A stretch of DNA of 64,000 nucleotides from Poseidonia sp. (GCA_965661285.1 CBFIDD010000002.1:32001-96000); one strand, 5' to 3'. Counted from the first letter of the stretch, positions 11,601 through 21,391 are shown. Notes: generated by a model from the sequence alone, not told the origin. Made by a program: numbers and translations.

Positions 11601-11624
11601 ACCATTCGAAGCGAGCGGTCCTGA
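8601..11624 (+). CDS. Large polytopic membrane protein with TPR-like helical region, function unknown
   Basis: 1007-aa ORF with about 11 N-terminal hydrophobic segments, TPR-like helices (EALELALSLVRSDP..RVAVALCLIDTGQWHDAKTILDEL), 2 late TMs and a basic C-terminus. Alternative start at 8628. Confidence 0.75.
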   Translation: MNPCCEGWSMSRLSWLALTGVLGVVNLATASAATVSTSSGFTTSMLVPLLSALLIAFFVRRWFIPQQLKNLQVAFEIDDDLYEVHRLTRTLRDSRRLLNTGRVGYGVLLYMMGLTGVLILIAELLFDAAVFSQFNLYIVAVLILIPVVISPWETLNSQLSGRNREVRSSLTADLIRRLFTLAFLGITTVLVLAYGYRLNGTLTPTWIAFAMLTFMSPTIFAYGRIMGASWNMLLINKWRTARGRKNPIDPDKNGFIGRLFSFLLVLFLMTMPITALNGILTVVYVMINNPPNAEEVLNYGGIIGYSLFLRIDAISEFLFHWEFIKSLPQFLSLYLTMNIAIVGLAFIFELTRNLILGGQSFGGMFGVTLDTPREIRAEKNAQARQLTFAFAGFSGYTVLLLILVCYKEFGGLMPLTATLEANDFDEGMRLLTVWLFIAVGQLVFLMTWLVSISRFGHLKNLRFDLNPDERREGAVRLAGGDKLQNLVENAAFNEDLDMLLRIQTHDFPGDQALIRQEQSRASMWEKALRGLWPQAIEESRKLLAQTGGDNDEARMIIATGYMALRRLDAAREALHGLQQPEGYDEPEILSFICEWLDPWNGSVSEDDLWDWENNSAIDHLQVLQNMMRTWKPRPKEMMVHNDKLSQTGQLSMVALLRAQRRYDEALELALSLVRSDPIGVRPRVAVALCLIDTGQWHDAKTILDELMKSDGKDPRVLALAVIFGYGTKGREHMEVSLVFDDAKDTKKWMDAAPVNAYAALLQNGGLDEAMNANVMIAAHEATRRAMPPRFSAGILSNIFQYLVLIPMWFVIGILTFQEVGQTEGLSVLGGLLFLHFSYRRIMRQQEHQIKHRDQRGMIKYARRLRRFKATPDASNIPIGNHLLLGGILVTVNGVVLDIGFPAWLFERLPKESDKKIRSKLRRRSLRLEKGRTPRVSTLGKAWWLKRPKEHAESGPMLERTIGPVAYRGRTNYIRKKEAQSLNDAAQGKETPLQKRFIPRNTIRSERS

Positions 11625-11687
11625 GCCTACGCTTTCTCTTCTGGTCGTTGACGAGAGTTCAAGGACTGCCACCCGGATAACTACCCC

Positions 11688-13001
11688 ATGAGCAACACAC
11701 CCGGTGCTTGGAGTGCATCCGAACAGAACCTGCGTTTGGCTGAGGAAATCAGTAAAGCCGTTGATGCAAGTGGGGCACTGTACCGTCATGGACTGGGGAT
11801 GATCGCCTCCGAGAACATCATCTCGCCCGCTGTGAGCGACATCGTCGGAAGTGACTTGCACGGGCGATATGCCGAGGGGTTGCCCGGTAAGCGCTACTAC
11901 CAAGGTTGCGAGGATTTCGATACCATTGAGGCCCTCGGGATTGAACTGGCACAGGAGGTTTTCCAAGCTTCGTTCGCGAACATCCAGTCGGTCTCAGGCA
12001 CGGTTTCCAACATCGCAGCGCTCAAGGTGCTCGCGAAACCGGGTGACGACATCACCGCAGTGTCAACAGCCGACGGAGGCCACATCTCCCATGCACGCAT
12101 GGGCGCCGTTGGCTTGCGGGACCTCAATCTCACGACCTACCCCTGGAACGAGGAACGAATGGAACCCGACATTGACGCTGCGTGCAAGACCATTCGTGAG
12201 GTTCAACCCAAGGTTGCGCTTTTTGGCCAGTCGGTGTTTCTCTTCCCCACGCCACTTGAAGAAATGGCTGCCGCTGCCAAAGAGGTCGGTGCATCGGTCA
12301 TGTACGATGGAGCACATGTGTTGGGCCTCATCGCTGGAGGCCAATTCCAAGACCCTCTTCGAGAAGGGGCGGATTTGATGACCGGTTCAAGTCACAAAAC
12401 CTTCCCGGGGCCACAAGGCGGTTTTCTGCTTTCATCTTCGGAGGACCCTGCTTTCCAACGCCGCCTGAACACGGCGATGTTCCCCGGCGTGTGTTCATCC
12501 TACCACCTTCATCACGTCGCAGGTAAGGTGATGGCACTTGCTGAGTTCAAGGAATACGGCGAGGCCTATGCCCGTGATACGGTCGCCAATGCACAGGCCT
12601 TCGCTGGAGCACTCGCAAGCGAGGGCTTTGATGTGCTGGCGGAAAGTCGAGGCTACACTGCTTCCCATCAGGTGCTCACACGCCACGGTGAACTCGATTC
12701 GGGAGCCGGTGCGAAAGCTGCGAAGCGGTTGGAGGACGCAGGCATCATCACCAACATGAACATGCTCCCAGGTGACACCAAGGCCCTCGCACCCTCCGGT
12801 CTTCGTTTGGGTGTTCAGGAACTAACGCGTGTTGGCTTCACCCGAGACGACATGGAAGAAGTCGCTCGCATGTACGCCCGGGTCTTGCTCCACGACGAGG
12901 ACCCTAGCACCGTGAAAAACGATGTCAAAGCCCTCAAAGCCAATCATCAAACAATCCGTTATTGTTTCAACCAAGATGGAAGGTCAGGCTACCCGGAGTA
13001 G
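11688..13001 (+). CDS. glyA: Serine hydroxymethyltransferase
   Basis: MIASEN, RYAEGLPGKRYYQGC, GGHISH, SSHKTFPGPQGG, SGLRLG. Confidence 0.97.
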   Translation: MSNTPGAWSASEQNLRLAEEISKAVDASGALYRHGLGMIASENIISPAVSDIVGSDLHGRYAEGLPGKRYYQGCEDFDTIEALGIELAQEVFQASFANIQSVSGTVSNIAALKVLAKPGDDITAVSTADGGHISHARMGAVGLRDLNLTTYPWNEERMEPDIDAACKTIREVQPKVALFGQSVFLFPTPLEEMAAAAKEVGASVMYDGAHVLGLIAGGQFQDPLREGADLMTGSSHKTFPGPQGGFLLSSSEDPAFQRRLNTAMFPGVCSSYHLHHVAGKVMALAEFKEYGEAYARDTVANAQAFAGALASEGFDVLAESRGYTASHQVLTRHGELDSGAGAKAAKRLEDAGIITNMNMLPGDTKALAPSGLRLGVQELTRVGFTRDDMEEVARMYARVLLHDEDPSTVKNDVKALKANHQTIRYCFNQDGRSGYPE

Positions 13002-13013
13002 GCAGGGGACAGG

Positions 13014-14045
13014 ATGGCAGCCACCCACAACGCAGACCACGCTTCGTTTATGTTGGGTGCGAACGGTGTTTTTCTTGACGCCTTCGGCGATCGATGCGTC
13101 TTGATTGGAAGCATTGAATTCACGGAATTTTGTCATCGATTGGACGCCATGTTTGAGGCACCCCTGGGTCGTAAATTGATTTACGCCGCCACCGATGCTG
13201 AGGAACGTCTCCTTTCGCACCACCCATCTGCGAAATTTGGACGCTGGTTCGGAAAATCAAACGTAAAGTCTCGCCTTCGCCAACGGGCCGCTGACATGGG
13301 GTGGGGGTTGTTTGGTGATGGGCAGATTATCGGCCCGGTGCATGATGCCATGACGGTTGGTTTTTCCCTCGCACATCACGAGCACATGAACCAAGAAAGG
13401 GCCACCATCGAATGGAAGCAAGCCACTTCTGAACTCATTCACCTCGTTTATTCCCATAAAGCCGAATTTCTGGAGATCGTATCTCCTCCACGCCGACTCC
13501 CATGGTTTGGCGAACTTCATGCATCGTCCCCAACACGGACGTTCACGACCGATTTTGACCATCGAGTGTACGGTTTTTTCCACGGTGAGGAACGTTCATT
13601 CTTTCTCTCTGTTCAGGTCTTTTTGTACATGTTTGAATCCATTCTTGGACGACCGCTTTCGCAAGATTTGGTGCCATCATTTTCCCTCGAAGTTCATGGT
13701 GTTTCAGAGCATGAACAGACGTTTCGAACCCTTGTCCACGCTGCTTGTGCAGCCTTTGAGCAAAACAACCGACCGGTGTACGTTCAAACCAAAGAGGACT
13801 GGGGTGGCCATTTGGACAAATTCTTCACCGAGCGGGGTTTTGGTCGGGTGCTTGTGCAGGAAAGCATTCTCGATGGTGTACCTCGTTCGATATTCACCGT
13901 GCATTCACCCATCACTCCGTACAGCGTTGGGGTCCTCGTTGGCATGTGGCAGCGCGCCCACGGAACGCTCGGTGATGTCGAGGTCACGCTGGACGGTGAA
14001 AAGTGCAGCGTTAGCCTCTCACCGCGCCGAGTGGATTACGTCTGA
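13014..14045 (+). CDS. Hypothetical protein with two V4R-like domains
   Basis: Two similar halves containing DMGWG and ERGFGRV, each followed by helix plus beta strands. 12 nt after glyA. Confidence 0.55.
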   Translation: MAATHNADHASFMLGANGVFLDAFGDRCVLIGSIEFTEFCHRLDAMFEAPLGRKLIYAATDAEERLLSHHPSAKFGRWFGKSNVKSRLRQRAADMGWGLFGDGQIIGPVHDAMTVGFSLAHHEHMNQERATIEWKQATSELIHLVYSHKAEFLEIVSPPRRLPWFGELHASSPTRTFTTDFDHRVYGFFHGEERSFFLSVQVFLYMFESILGRPLSQDLVPSFSLEVHGVSEHEQTFRTLVHAACAAFEQNNRPVYVQTKEDWGGHLDKFFTERGFGRVLVQESILDGVPRSIFTVHSPITPYSVGVLVGMWQRAHGTLGDVEVTLDGEKCSVSLSPRRVDYV

Positions 14046-14082
14046 ACGAGCCATACATTCGGGCTCGTGCGTCGTATTTTTC
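14046..14082 (+). terminator. Hairpin plus T-tract, possible terminator
   Basis: ACGAGCC (14046-52) pairs with GGCTCGT (14062-68), followed by TATTTTT, immediately after a stop codon. Confidence 0.35.
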
Positions 14083-14156
14083 TGCTCAACTGTGGTCAAG
14101 GTTCATAACCGAATCAACGCCTCGGTTGGCTTGCACAGCGGTGCCGGGTGTTACAC

Positions 14157-17100
14157 ATGAGTCTTAACCACAACCAAATGGCGTATGTAGCCATCGTTTC
14201 GACCTTGATTTTTGGGTCCCTTTTCGTAGGTGTCTCCGGCTTCTTCCAAACCAATGAAGATATTGGAGGTTTTGAGAGCGCTGTTGAAGAAGATATTCGT
14301 GGTGAATCCGAGCTGACGGCTGCCGCCCTTGACACCGACGGCGATGGTCTTTCTGACAAACTCGAAGAAACCCAATACGGTACGGATGTCAATGACCCCG
14401 ATACCGATAATGACGGGATGAGCGACGGCTGGGAAGTGCAGCACGGGCTCAATCCCCTGGACAACGGAGAATCAGAAGATTTGGAAGTTGACCCCACACA
14501 AAATCAAGATTCCAGTGACGCACAAGTTGAGAACGAAACCGATTCGTGGCCTGACCCCAGTCAAGGCCCAACAGGGGACCCCGACCGAGACGGCTTGACC
14601 AATCAGGCTGAGCAGGAACTCGGGACCGACCCACAACGGGCAGACACCGACAACGACGGATTGAACGACCGCTGGGAATCGCTCTACACCACCAGCGTCC
14701 AAACCCCCGGTGGAGAGGTTGTTCTCTTCAATCCACTCGACGGAAATTGGGACTGTTTGCTTCTCGACCAGGCCATGGTGGATGCACTTGAAACCCGCTT
14801 CAATGGCGAAAACGGCATGGCGGAATGGGACGATTTGGCTTCAAACGGCCAGCATTCCTGCGACATGGTGCTGGATACGGATGATGACGGCCTCGCAAAT
14901 TTTGAGGAGGAGATCTTCGGTACGAATCCCACCGCCCGAGATTCAGACATGGATTTGATTGACGATATCGTCGAGGTTGCCAACGAGAGCCTTGCCCTCT
15001 ATGCTGGTTTGGGTGAAAACTGCAACGAACCCCTTCTCAATCCACTCCCGCACATCGGTCCGTTCTACGGTGTTGAGCGCAATTGGTTCATGATGGACAT
15101 GGACGGCGATGGCCTCCTCAACGGTCCCTCCGACTGGGACACCGACGGTGATGGCATGCCCGATGGTTTCGAATTCTGCTATTCAGATGTATCCATGGCG
15201 CCCAATGCCGCCTACGTGTTGAATCCCGCTAACGCCTCCGACGGGTACGGCGACTGGGATGAAGATGGAATGAACAACCTTGAGGAGTATCAGGTCGCCC
15301 AACTCTTCGGAGAGGGCAATTTCACTTCGCCTTGGCTAGAGGACACCGATCAGGATGAAATGCCTGACCAATGGGAGGCTGCCAACGGACTCCACCCTCG
15401 CTCAGCGCTCAATCGGGATCAAGACCCTGATATGGACGGATATGACCTCGACGCCGACGGCGATGTCATGTACAGCGAGCTTGAGAACACCGCCATCGTT
15501 CACACCGTGGACGTCGCTCTCGGTCAGCAGGTTTCTGCAAACCAGCAGGTGGCCTCGGCCCGTATTACCCTCGCTGGTGGCAACCAACAGGTCGTCCCTC
15601 TGCGAGCACCCGTTGACGGCTATGTGTACGAACTCAACGTCGTGCTCGGTCAGAGCATTGAATCTCGATTGTTCAGTTGGATGAATATCGTCGAGGAAGA
15701 AGAACGGTTCACCAACGTTATGGAATACAAAGCCAACGACCGAGACCAAGACGGAATTCTCGATGGCCGAAGCACCAACCCGTTGAACGCCGATACCGAT
15801 TCGGACGGCCTCATCGACGGCATTGAGGTCATGGGTTGGGAAATCTTGGTCGTGAATCGTGGCGTTCAACCCACGTGGGTCACCTCCGACCCGGGTCTGT
15901 ACGATACCGATGCTGACGGGCTTTCCGACTTCGAAGAATTCTCGTCAACGTGCAATCTTGGGGGCTCGAATGCCTCCAATCCCGATACCGATTCGGACGG
16001 CTTGACCGATTTGGAAGAAGCCGGTGACAACTTCATGTGGGAAGGAGAAACCTACTCGACCAGCCCTTGTATGTTCGATACGGACAACGATGGCCTTGAA
16101 GATGGCGAGGAAGTCATCGCTGGTGCTGACAACTTCTTGACCCACGCCAACAACTCTGACACGGACGATGACGGACTCATCGACGGGCAAGAAGTGCTCT
16201 TCGTTCCACGGCCGTTCCAAAACCCAACCAACCCGCTCCTCAATGATACGGATGCTGATGGCATGCTCGATGGTTGGGAGATGCAGGTCAAGTCTGCAGA
16301 AGACAACACCAACACCCACAGTCTCTGGGTCGTCACCTCCACGTGGGAACGACCGGGCTGTGAATCCACCCAAACGAACTCATGTACGATGCAACCCGGT
16401 GGCTATGTTTGGTTGAATTGGCTCGGTGGGTTTGAACTTGAACCGAAATTCCAGGTCAGCGAAATGAACCTGACGGGTTTCCAAATGCCATCCAGCGCAC
16501 TCTGCGATGGATGTAACGGCCGATGGGCCCTGGACCCTTCGCTGAGTTCCTTGAAGGATGATACCTTTGACATTGATAACGACACGCTGCCCAACGGCAT
16601 GGAAGCACCCGACCGATGGGACACCAATCCTGTTGACGATGACACAGACGGTGACCTCCTACCGGACGGATGGGAGGTGTACTACTCGCAACTCGCCTTT
16701 GAGATTGGCTTGGCCGACAACGAAACCGTTGGTGTTTACGGCGCTCGTGGTGTTATGGACCCAGCCATGCCCGACAGTGATTTGGATGGCATTGAGGACG
16801 GATATGAAGACCCAGACAACGATGGTCTCAACCGAACCGGTTTGATCAAGCGGTATTGTCCGGGTTACAATGACAGCACCAATTCGGAGTGCAACATTGA
16901 CCCGAACACACCAGATGGAGAACGGTTCTATGACAATCTCGAGAATTACACGAACTTCGAGGAGATGCAGAACGGAACCAACCCCATCACGAACGATACT
17001 GACGGTGACGACTGGAACGACGGTCCCGAGGTCTACTACCAGGACCACGACGACGATGGCATGGCAACCGGTTGGGAATATCATTTCCAATTCGATCCGT

Positions 17101-17237
17101 TCGATGGAGCCGACCGAATGGTTGACACCGACGGTGACGGGCATGTCAATTTCTGCGAATACAAGTGGGACACCAACCCGAGAAATCCTGTTTCTTACCC
17201 CGGCCAAGGGGAACTGTGTGACCCGTTTACTGATTGA
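14157..17237 (+). CDS. Membrane-anchored acidic surface protein with many DxDxDG (TSP3-like Ca-binding) repeats
   Basis: N-terminal TM and more than 20 D-T-D-x-D-G-L/M-x-D-x-x-E ... T-D/N-P units. Confidence 0.85.
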   Translation: MSLNHNQMAYVAIVSTLIFGSLFVGVSGFFQTNEDIGGFESAVEEDIRGESELTAAALDTDGDGLSDKLEETQYGTDVNDPDTDNDGMSDGWEVQHGLNPLDNGESEDLEVDPTQNQDSSDAQVENETDSWPDPSQGPTGDPDRDGLTNQAEQELGTDPQRADTDNDGLNDRWESLYTTSVQTPGGEVVLFNPLDGNWDCLLLDQAMVDALETRFNGENGMAEWDDLASNGQHSCDMVLDTDDDGLANFEEEIFGTNPTARDSDMDLIDDIVEVANESLALYAGLGENCNEPLLNPLPHIGPFYGVERNWFMMDMDGDGLLNGPSDWDTDGDGMPDGFEFCYSDVSMAPNAAYVLNPANASDGYGDWDEDGMNNLEEYQVAQLFGEGNFTSPWLEDTDQDEMPDQWEAANGLHPRSALNRDQDPDMDGYDLDADGDVMYSELENTAIVHTVDVALGQQVSANQQVASARITLAGGNQQVVPLRAPVDGYVYELNVVLGQSIESRLFSWMNIVEEEERFTNVMEYKANDRDQDGILDGRSTNPLNADTDSDGLIDGIEVMGWEILVVNRGVQPTWVTSDPGLYDTDADGLSDFEEFSSTCNLGGSNASNPDTDSDGLTDLEEAGDNFMWEGETYSTSPCMFDTDNDGLEDGEEVIAGADNFLTHANNSDTDDDGLIDGQEVLFVPRPFQNPTNPLLNDTDADGMLDGWEMQVKSAEDNTNTHSLWVVTSTWERPGCESTQTNSCTMQPGGYVWLNWLGGFELEPKFQVSEMNLTGFQMPSSALCDGCNGRWALDPSLSSLKDDTFDIDNDTLPNGMEAPDRWDTNPVDDDTDGDLLPDGWEVYYSQLAFEIGLADNETVGVYGARGVMDPAMPDSDLDGIEDGYEDPDNDGLNRTGLIKRYCPGYNDSTNSECNIDPNTPDGERFYDNLENYTNFEEMQNGTNPITNDTDGDDWNDGPEVYYQDHDDDGMATGWEYHFQFDPFDGADRMVDTDGDGHVNFCEYKWDTNPRNPVSYPGQGELCDPFTD
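14331..17190 (+). repeat. Degenerate intragenic DTDxDG coding repeats
   Basis: Recurrent GAY-ACN-GAY-NNN-GAY-GGN units within the 14157 CDS. Confidence 0.7.
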
Positions 17238-17242
17238 TCAGA

Positions 17243-18817
17243 ATGCCCGAGATGGCTGTCTGGAACCGTAGCGTGGCTCACCTCATGGTGTGCCTTGTCG
17301 TGCTGAGCGTACTGTCTCTTCACGTTCAAGCCACCCACACGACCGGAGCTTTACCAACCGGTATGCTCGAGTTTGATGATGAGAACGGCGCTCAATTTTC
17401 GGACACGCTTTCCCTGAACGGTACCTCAACTTTCCCGCTGCGAAACGCCAGTTGGACCGTTGTCAACATTTCTGGCATGACGCCCACGACCTTGATGAGT
17501 GGGCCGTTTTTGAGCTCTGTTGAACCCGTGTCAGAAGATCTCTTTTCCTGGCAACTGGTCGTTGATGTCGCATCGCATGATTGCACGTGCTATGTTGAAC
17601 TGACCGTGAACAAGAAACATGGCCCCGATTTTTCATCACGATTAATCGTTTTTCTCGGAGACCAACATCATCGGCCGGTCCTTCCGCAGGACTTCACTTC
17701 GTGGGGCAATGAAGTCTCATCAGGAGGTGCGATGGAGGACGAAGGGCATCCTGTCCTCCTCCGCTCGTCTCACAACATCACCCTTCCGTTGGTCACGGCA
17801 CCAAGCAGCGGCGACATCGTCCGTGTCAACGCTCTCGTTTGTCCAGCGCCAAACGGCGTTTGTACCACCGCTCCCACACAGGTTGAACTTCCCTTCTCAG
17901 CATCAGCAAGCCATCTCGAAATCACGGTCGACCCGGGCGCCCTTGAACTCGGAGAAGGTATTTGGCAGTTTGATTTTTCAGCGACCGACACGTTGCTGAG
18001 AACCACAAATCCAGCGCGTGCTGCCTTTATCCACGATACACAGCCACCAACCGTAGCGCTGAATCTACCTCCAACGGTGAACGAGGGTGAATCCTTCCAT
18101 GTCTACGCCAGCGTTGACGATGGCTATGATGGCGCTCAGTACGTAGCAACCTGGTCAATCATACAGGCAAATGGTGACCGTCGTGCACCCTCGGAGAGCG
18201 AAACGGTGAGCCAGGACCATCTGCTGCTGAACTTCACCAAACAAGGTGAATACGCGCTCAACGTCTCGGTCCGTGACAGTTCAGGCCAGGTTTCACATCA
18301 CGAGCAGAGGGTGACGGTTCTCAACCTCCCACCGACGGCAAAAATATCGGTTGACGGTTTGGTGCTCGATGACATGGGGCTGTTGACCTTCGGGCCACAA
18401 GACCTCTGGGAATTGAACGCCAGCGAGAGTTTTGACAACGAGGCCGTCGATTACCTCTGGGTCATTGACGATAACAGGTCGGTACGTGGAACCTCGACGC
18501 TTTCCTCTGACCAATTCCATGGACCGGATCTCCACCGGATCGAACTGATCGTCTTCGACGATGATGGCGCTACGCATTCGACGGTTGTTGAAATTGAAAT
18601 CCTGCCTGAGGAATCTGTCGAACAACAGCGGACCTCACTTCTGGCCATCCTCCTCCTTGTGGCCCTCCTGTTGGTCGGATTTATGCTTCAACGGGGTTCT
18701 TCCACAACAGAAGATCTGCCAAAATGGACCGCTCAGGAATCGAAGGAACGGCCTCACAATCCACCCTCAAATCAGCGCATTGATGCAACGGTTGAAGAAG
18801 ACGAACCTCGAGGATGA
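17243..18817 (+). CDS. Secreted PKD/Ig-like domain protein with C-terminal TM anchor
   Basis: Signal peptide; PKD-like NLPPTAKI..LNASESFD..YLW..IELIVFDDDGA; C-terminal TM. Confidence 0.72.
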   Translation: MPEMAVWNRSVAHLMVCLVVLSVLSLHVQATHTTGALPTGMLEFDDENGAQFSDTLSLNGTSTFPLRNASWTVVNISGMTPTTLMSGPFLSSVEPVSEDLFSWQLVVDVASHDCTCYVELTVNKKHGPDFSSRLIVFLGDQHHRPVLPQDFTSWGNEVSSGGAMEDEGHPVLLRSSHNITLPLVTAPSSGDIVRVNALVCPAPNGVCTTAPTQVELPFSASASHLEITVDPGALELGEGIWQFDFSATDTLLRTTNPARAAFIHDTQPPTVALNLPPTVNEGESFHVYASVDDGYDGAQYVATWSIIQANGDRRAPSESETVSQDHLLLNFTKQGEYALNVSVRDSSGQVSHHEQRVTVLNLPPTAKISVDGLVLDDMGLLTFGPQDLWELNASESFDNEAVDYLWVIDDNRSVRGTSTLSSDQFHGPDLHRIELIVFDDDGATHSTVVEIEILPEESVEQQRTSLLAILLLVALLLVGFMLQRGSSTTEDLPKWTAQESKERPHNPPSNQRIDATVEEDEPRG

Positions 18818-18820
18818 ATC

Positions 18821-20194
18821 ATGTTCGCAGAAGCCATGGCGCGATTGCCATCTCGTCCAGCAGCGACAAGCAAGGAAGAATTCCGTGACCGGCAAATGCG
18901 ATTGACCTCACAATTTCGAAACGACGATGTCCTCATCCTTGCATCCCCCCCGTTTGCTGTTCACTCCAACGATGTTGAGTATCGCTATCGGACTTCAAGC
19001 GACCTGCTGTATTTGACGGGCTGGACCGAACCAGAATCCGTGTTCGTCTTGAGGCACGACGGTTCATCATGGTCATCAGCGCTCTTCGTCCAGCCACAGG
19101 ATACACTCAAGGAAATATGGGAAGGTCGTCGCCCTGGCGTGAAGGGTGCACTGGCAGACTTTTCGGTTGACGAGGCTTACAACAACGACGAACTTGAGGT
19201 AAAACTCAGTGAATGGCTGACCGACGCTCGTCGCGTTTTTCATCGGGGTGGGTTCCATGCCGGCGTGGATGGTCTCGTAGAAGCGGCTATTCGTCGACGA
19301 GACCGCGCTCGCCAGCATTTTGGCACAGGCCCTGTCGCTATGGAGGATCCCTCGGGTCTGCTCGCAGAGTTGCGACTGCGAAAATCAGATTCAGAGGTTG
19401 AACAAATGGTCTATGCCAGTAAGGTCGCTGCCATCGCCCACGAACTGGCCATGCGACACAGCAGGGACGGCATCACGGAATACCAACTGCAATCCGTCAT
19501 CGAAGGCTTCTTTTCATACGCTGGAGCCTCAGGTTGGTCGTATCCTTCGATTGTAGGCTGCGGAGAAAATGCGACGATTCTTCACTACACGACCAATCAA
19601 GATGTGTGCGGTTCCGACGAGGTTATTTTGATCGATGCCGGTGCTGAATTCCGTGGCTATGCCAGCGACATCACCCGTTCATGGCCCATATCCGGTTCGT
19701 TTTCCGAAGCACAGCGAGAAATCTACCAAGTCGTTCTTGATGCCCAACTTGCTGCCATTGAAGCCTGTCAAGTTGGTATGCCTTACACGGCTCCACATGA
19801 TGCTGCTCGAAAGGTTCTCGCAGAAGGCCTGATTTCATTGGGTGTAATTTCACAAACCGTGGACGAAGCCCTTGATTTGGAGACGGGAGAACTGCGCCGT
19901 TGGTACATGCACAACACCAGCCACTGGATTGGTTTGGATGTCCATGATGCGGGCGTCTACAAACCAGGGGGAGAACCTCGTCTGCTTGAAGCTGGCATGT
20001 GTTTGACCGTTGAGCCAGGTTTGTACTTTGGTGCTTGGCGACCCGATGTTGATTGTCCTGAACGCTATGCAAACATTGGTATTCGAATCGAAGACGATGT
20101 GCTCATCACAAACGATGGCCCCGTCGTCTTGACCGAAGATTGTCCGAAGACCATCGAAGACATTGAGCGCATCGTCGGCAAAGGCCTCGACTGA
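18821..20194 (+). CDS. pepP: Xaa-Pro aminopeptidase P (M24B)
   Basis: LHY, IDAGAE..GYASDITRSWP, HWIGLDVHD, TVEPGLY, GIRIEDDVLIT. Confidence 0.95.
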   Translation: MFAEAMARLPSRPAATSKEEFRDRQMRLTSQFRNDDVLILASPPFAVHSNDVEYRYRTSSDLLYLTGWTEPESVFVLRHDGSSWSSALFVQPQDTLKEIWEGRRPGVKGALADFSVDEAYNNDELEVKLSEWLTDARRVFHRGGFHAGVDGLVEAAIRRRDRARQHFGTGPVAMEDPSGLLAELRLRKSDSEVEQMVYASKVAAIAHELAMRHSRDGITEYQLQSVIEGFFSYAGASGWSYPSIVGCGENATILHYTTNQDVCGSDEVILIDAGAEFRGYASDITRSWPISGSFSEAQREIYQVVLDAQLAAIEACQVGMPYTAPHDAARKVLAEGLISLGVISQTVDEALDLETGELRRWYMHNTSHWIGLDVHDAGVYKPGGEPRLLEAGMCLTVEPGLYFGAWRPDVDCPERYANIGIRIEDDVLITNDGPVVLTEDCPKTIEDIERIVGKGLD

Positions 20195-20197
20195 GGT

Positions 20198-21391
20198 GTG
20201 AACGTGGTGTGGAAGGAAATTCTTGCACGGCAGTCCTCTTGGACACGTGGCGCATCATCGACGCTGCGAATGACCACCGAGGATGCCGTTGTCCTCTACA
20301 ACGATGCACCTCTCCATGAATTGATGCAAGCCGCACACCAACGACGGATGGCCATGCACCCGGACGGCAAGGTCACCTACCTCGTAGACCGGAACATCAA
20401 CTACACCAACGTCTGCACCATCAACTGTCAATTTTGTTCGTTTTACAGACCACCCGGTCATGAAGAAACGTACACGCAAACCTACCAGGAAATCTCGGCG
20501 AGGGTGCGTGAGTTGGAACAGATCGGTGGTTCACGCATTCTCATGCAGGGTGGTGTCAATCCTGCTCTACCATTTTCGTGGTACACTGATCTCCTTCAGC
20601 ACCTTCGCAAGGAACATCCGACCATTGATCTTGATTGTTTCAGCCCGATTGAAATCGAGGGGCTTGCAGAAGTGTGTGGAATGAGCACACTTGACGTCCT
20701 CATCCACCTGAAAGAGGCTGGCATGCACGGGTTGCCGGGTGGTGGAGCAGAAATGCTCGTCGATGATGTACGAAAGGATGTGTCTCCCAAAAAAGGGTCC
20801 CCTGCGAATTGGCTTCGAGTCATGGGTGAGGCCCAATCCTTGGGCTTGACCACCAGTGCCACCAACGTCATTGGATTTGGAGAAGGTTCAGACGAGCGTG
20901 TGGAACACATGCTTCGCATTCGTGAACTCCAAGACCGCTCACTGCGAGACCACGGGCATGGGTTCACATCCTTCATCGCTTGGCCTGTTCAGCTTGAAGT
21001 CAATTCTTTCGGTCGACGAAATCGCGGTCAGAACAAACACGTCTTGGGTGCAGGTTCGTCAGAATATCTGCGTCACGTTGCGGTATCTCGCCTGTTCCTC
21101 GATAATGTTGAGCACATCCAAGCCTCATGGCCAACGATGGGCATACATGTGGCCCAGATGGCCCTGCTCGCAGGTGCAGATGACGCCGGGTCGACCATGA
21201 TGGAGGAAAACGTCGTTTCTGCCTCGGGGACCAGCAAGTTGGATGCGACCGAGCATGAACTCCAATCCTCTATTCGCCGAGCAGGCTTTTTCCCTCAACG
21301 GCGGGACAGCGACTACACGCATCTCAAGACAAAACCCTTGGTTGAAGAGAATTTGAGCCTCGCTTCGCCCCCGCCCTCGCTTACGTCGTAG
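20198..21391 (+). CDS. mqnC: CofH/MqnC-family radical SAM enzyme, probably cyclic dehypoxanthine futalosine synthase
   Basis: VTYLVDRNINYTNVCTINCQFC, ILMQGG, PGGGAEML, IQASW, GSTMMEENVV. Confidence 0.8.
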   Translation: MNVVWKEILARQSSWTRGASSTLRMTTEDAVVLYNDAPLHELMQAAHQRRMAMHPDGKVTYLVDRNINYTNVCTINCQFCSFYRPPGHEETYTQTYQEISARVRELEQIGGSRILMQGGVNPALPFSWYTDLLQHLRKEHPTIDLDCFSPIEIEGLAEVCGMSTLDVLIHLKEAGMHGLPGGGAEMLVDDVRKDVSPKKGSPANWLRVMGEAQSLGLTTSATNVIGFGEGSDERVEHMLRIRELQDRSLRDHGHGFTSFIAWPVQLEVNSFGRRNRGQNKHVLGAGSSEYLRHVAVSRLFLDNVEHIQASWPTMGIHVAQMALLAGADDAGSTMMEENVVSASGTSKLDATEHELQSSIRRAGFFPQRRDSDYTHLKTKPLVEENLSLASPPPSLTS

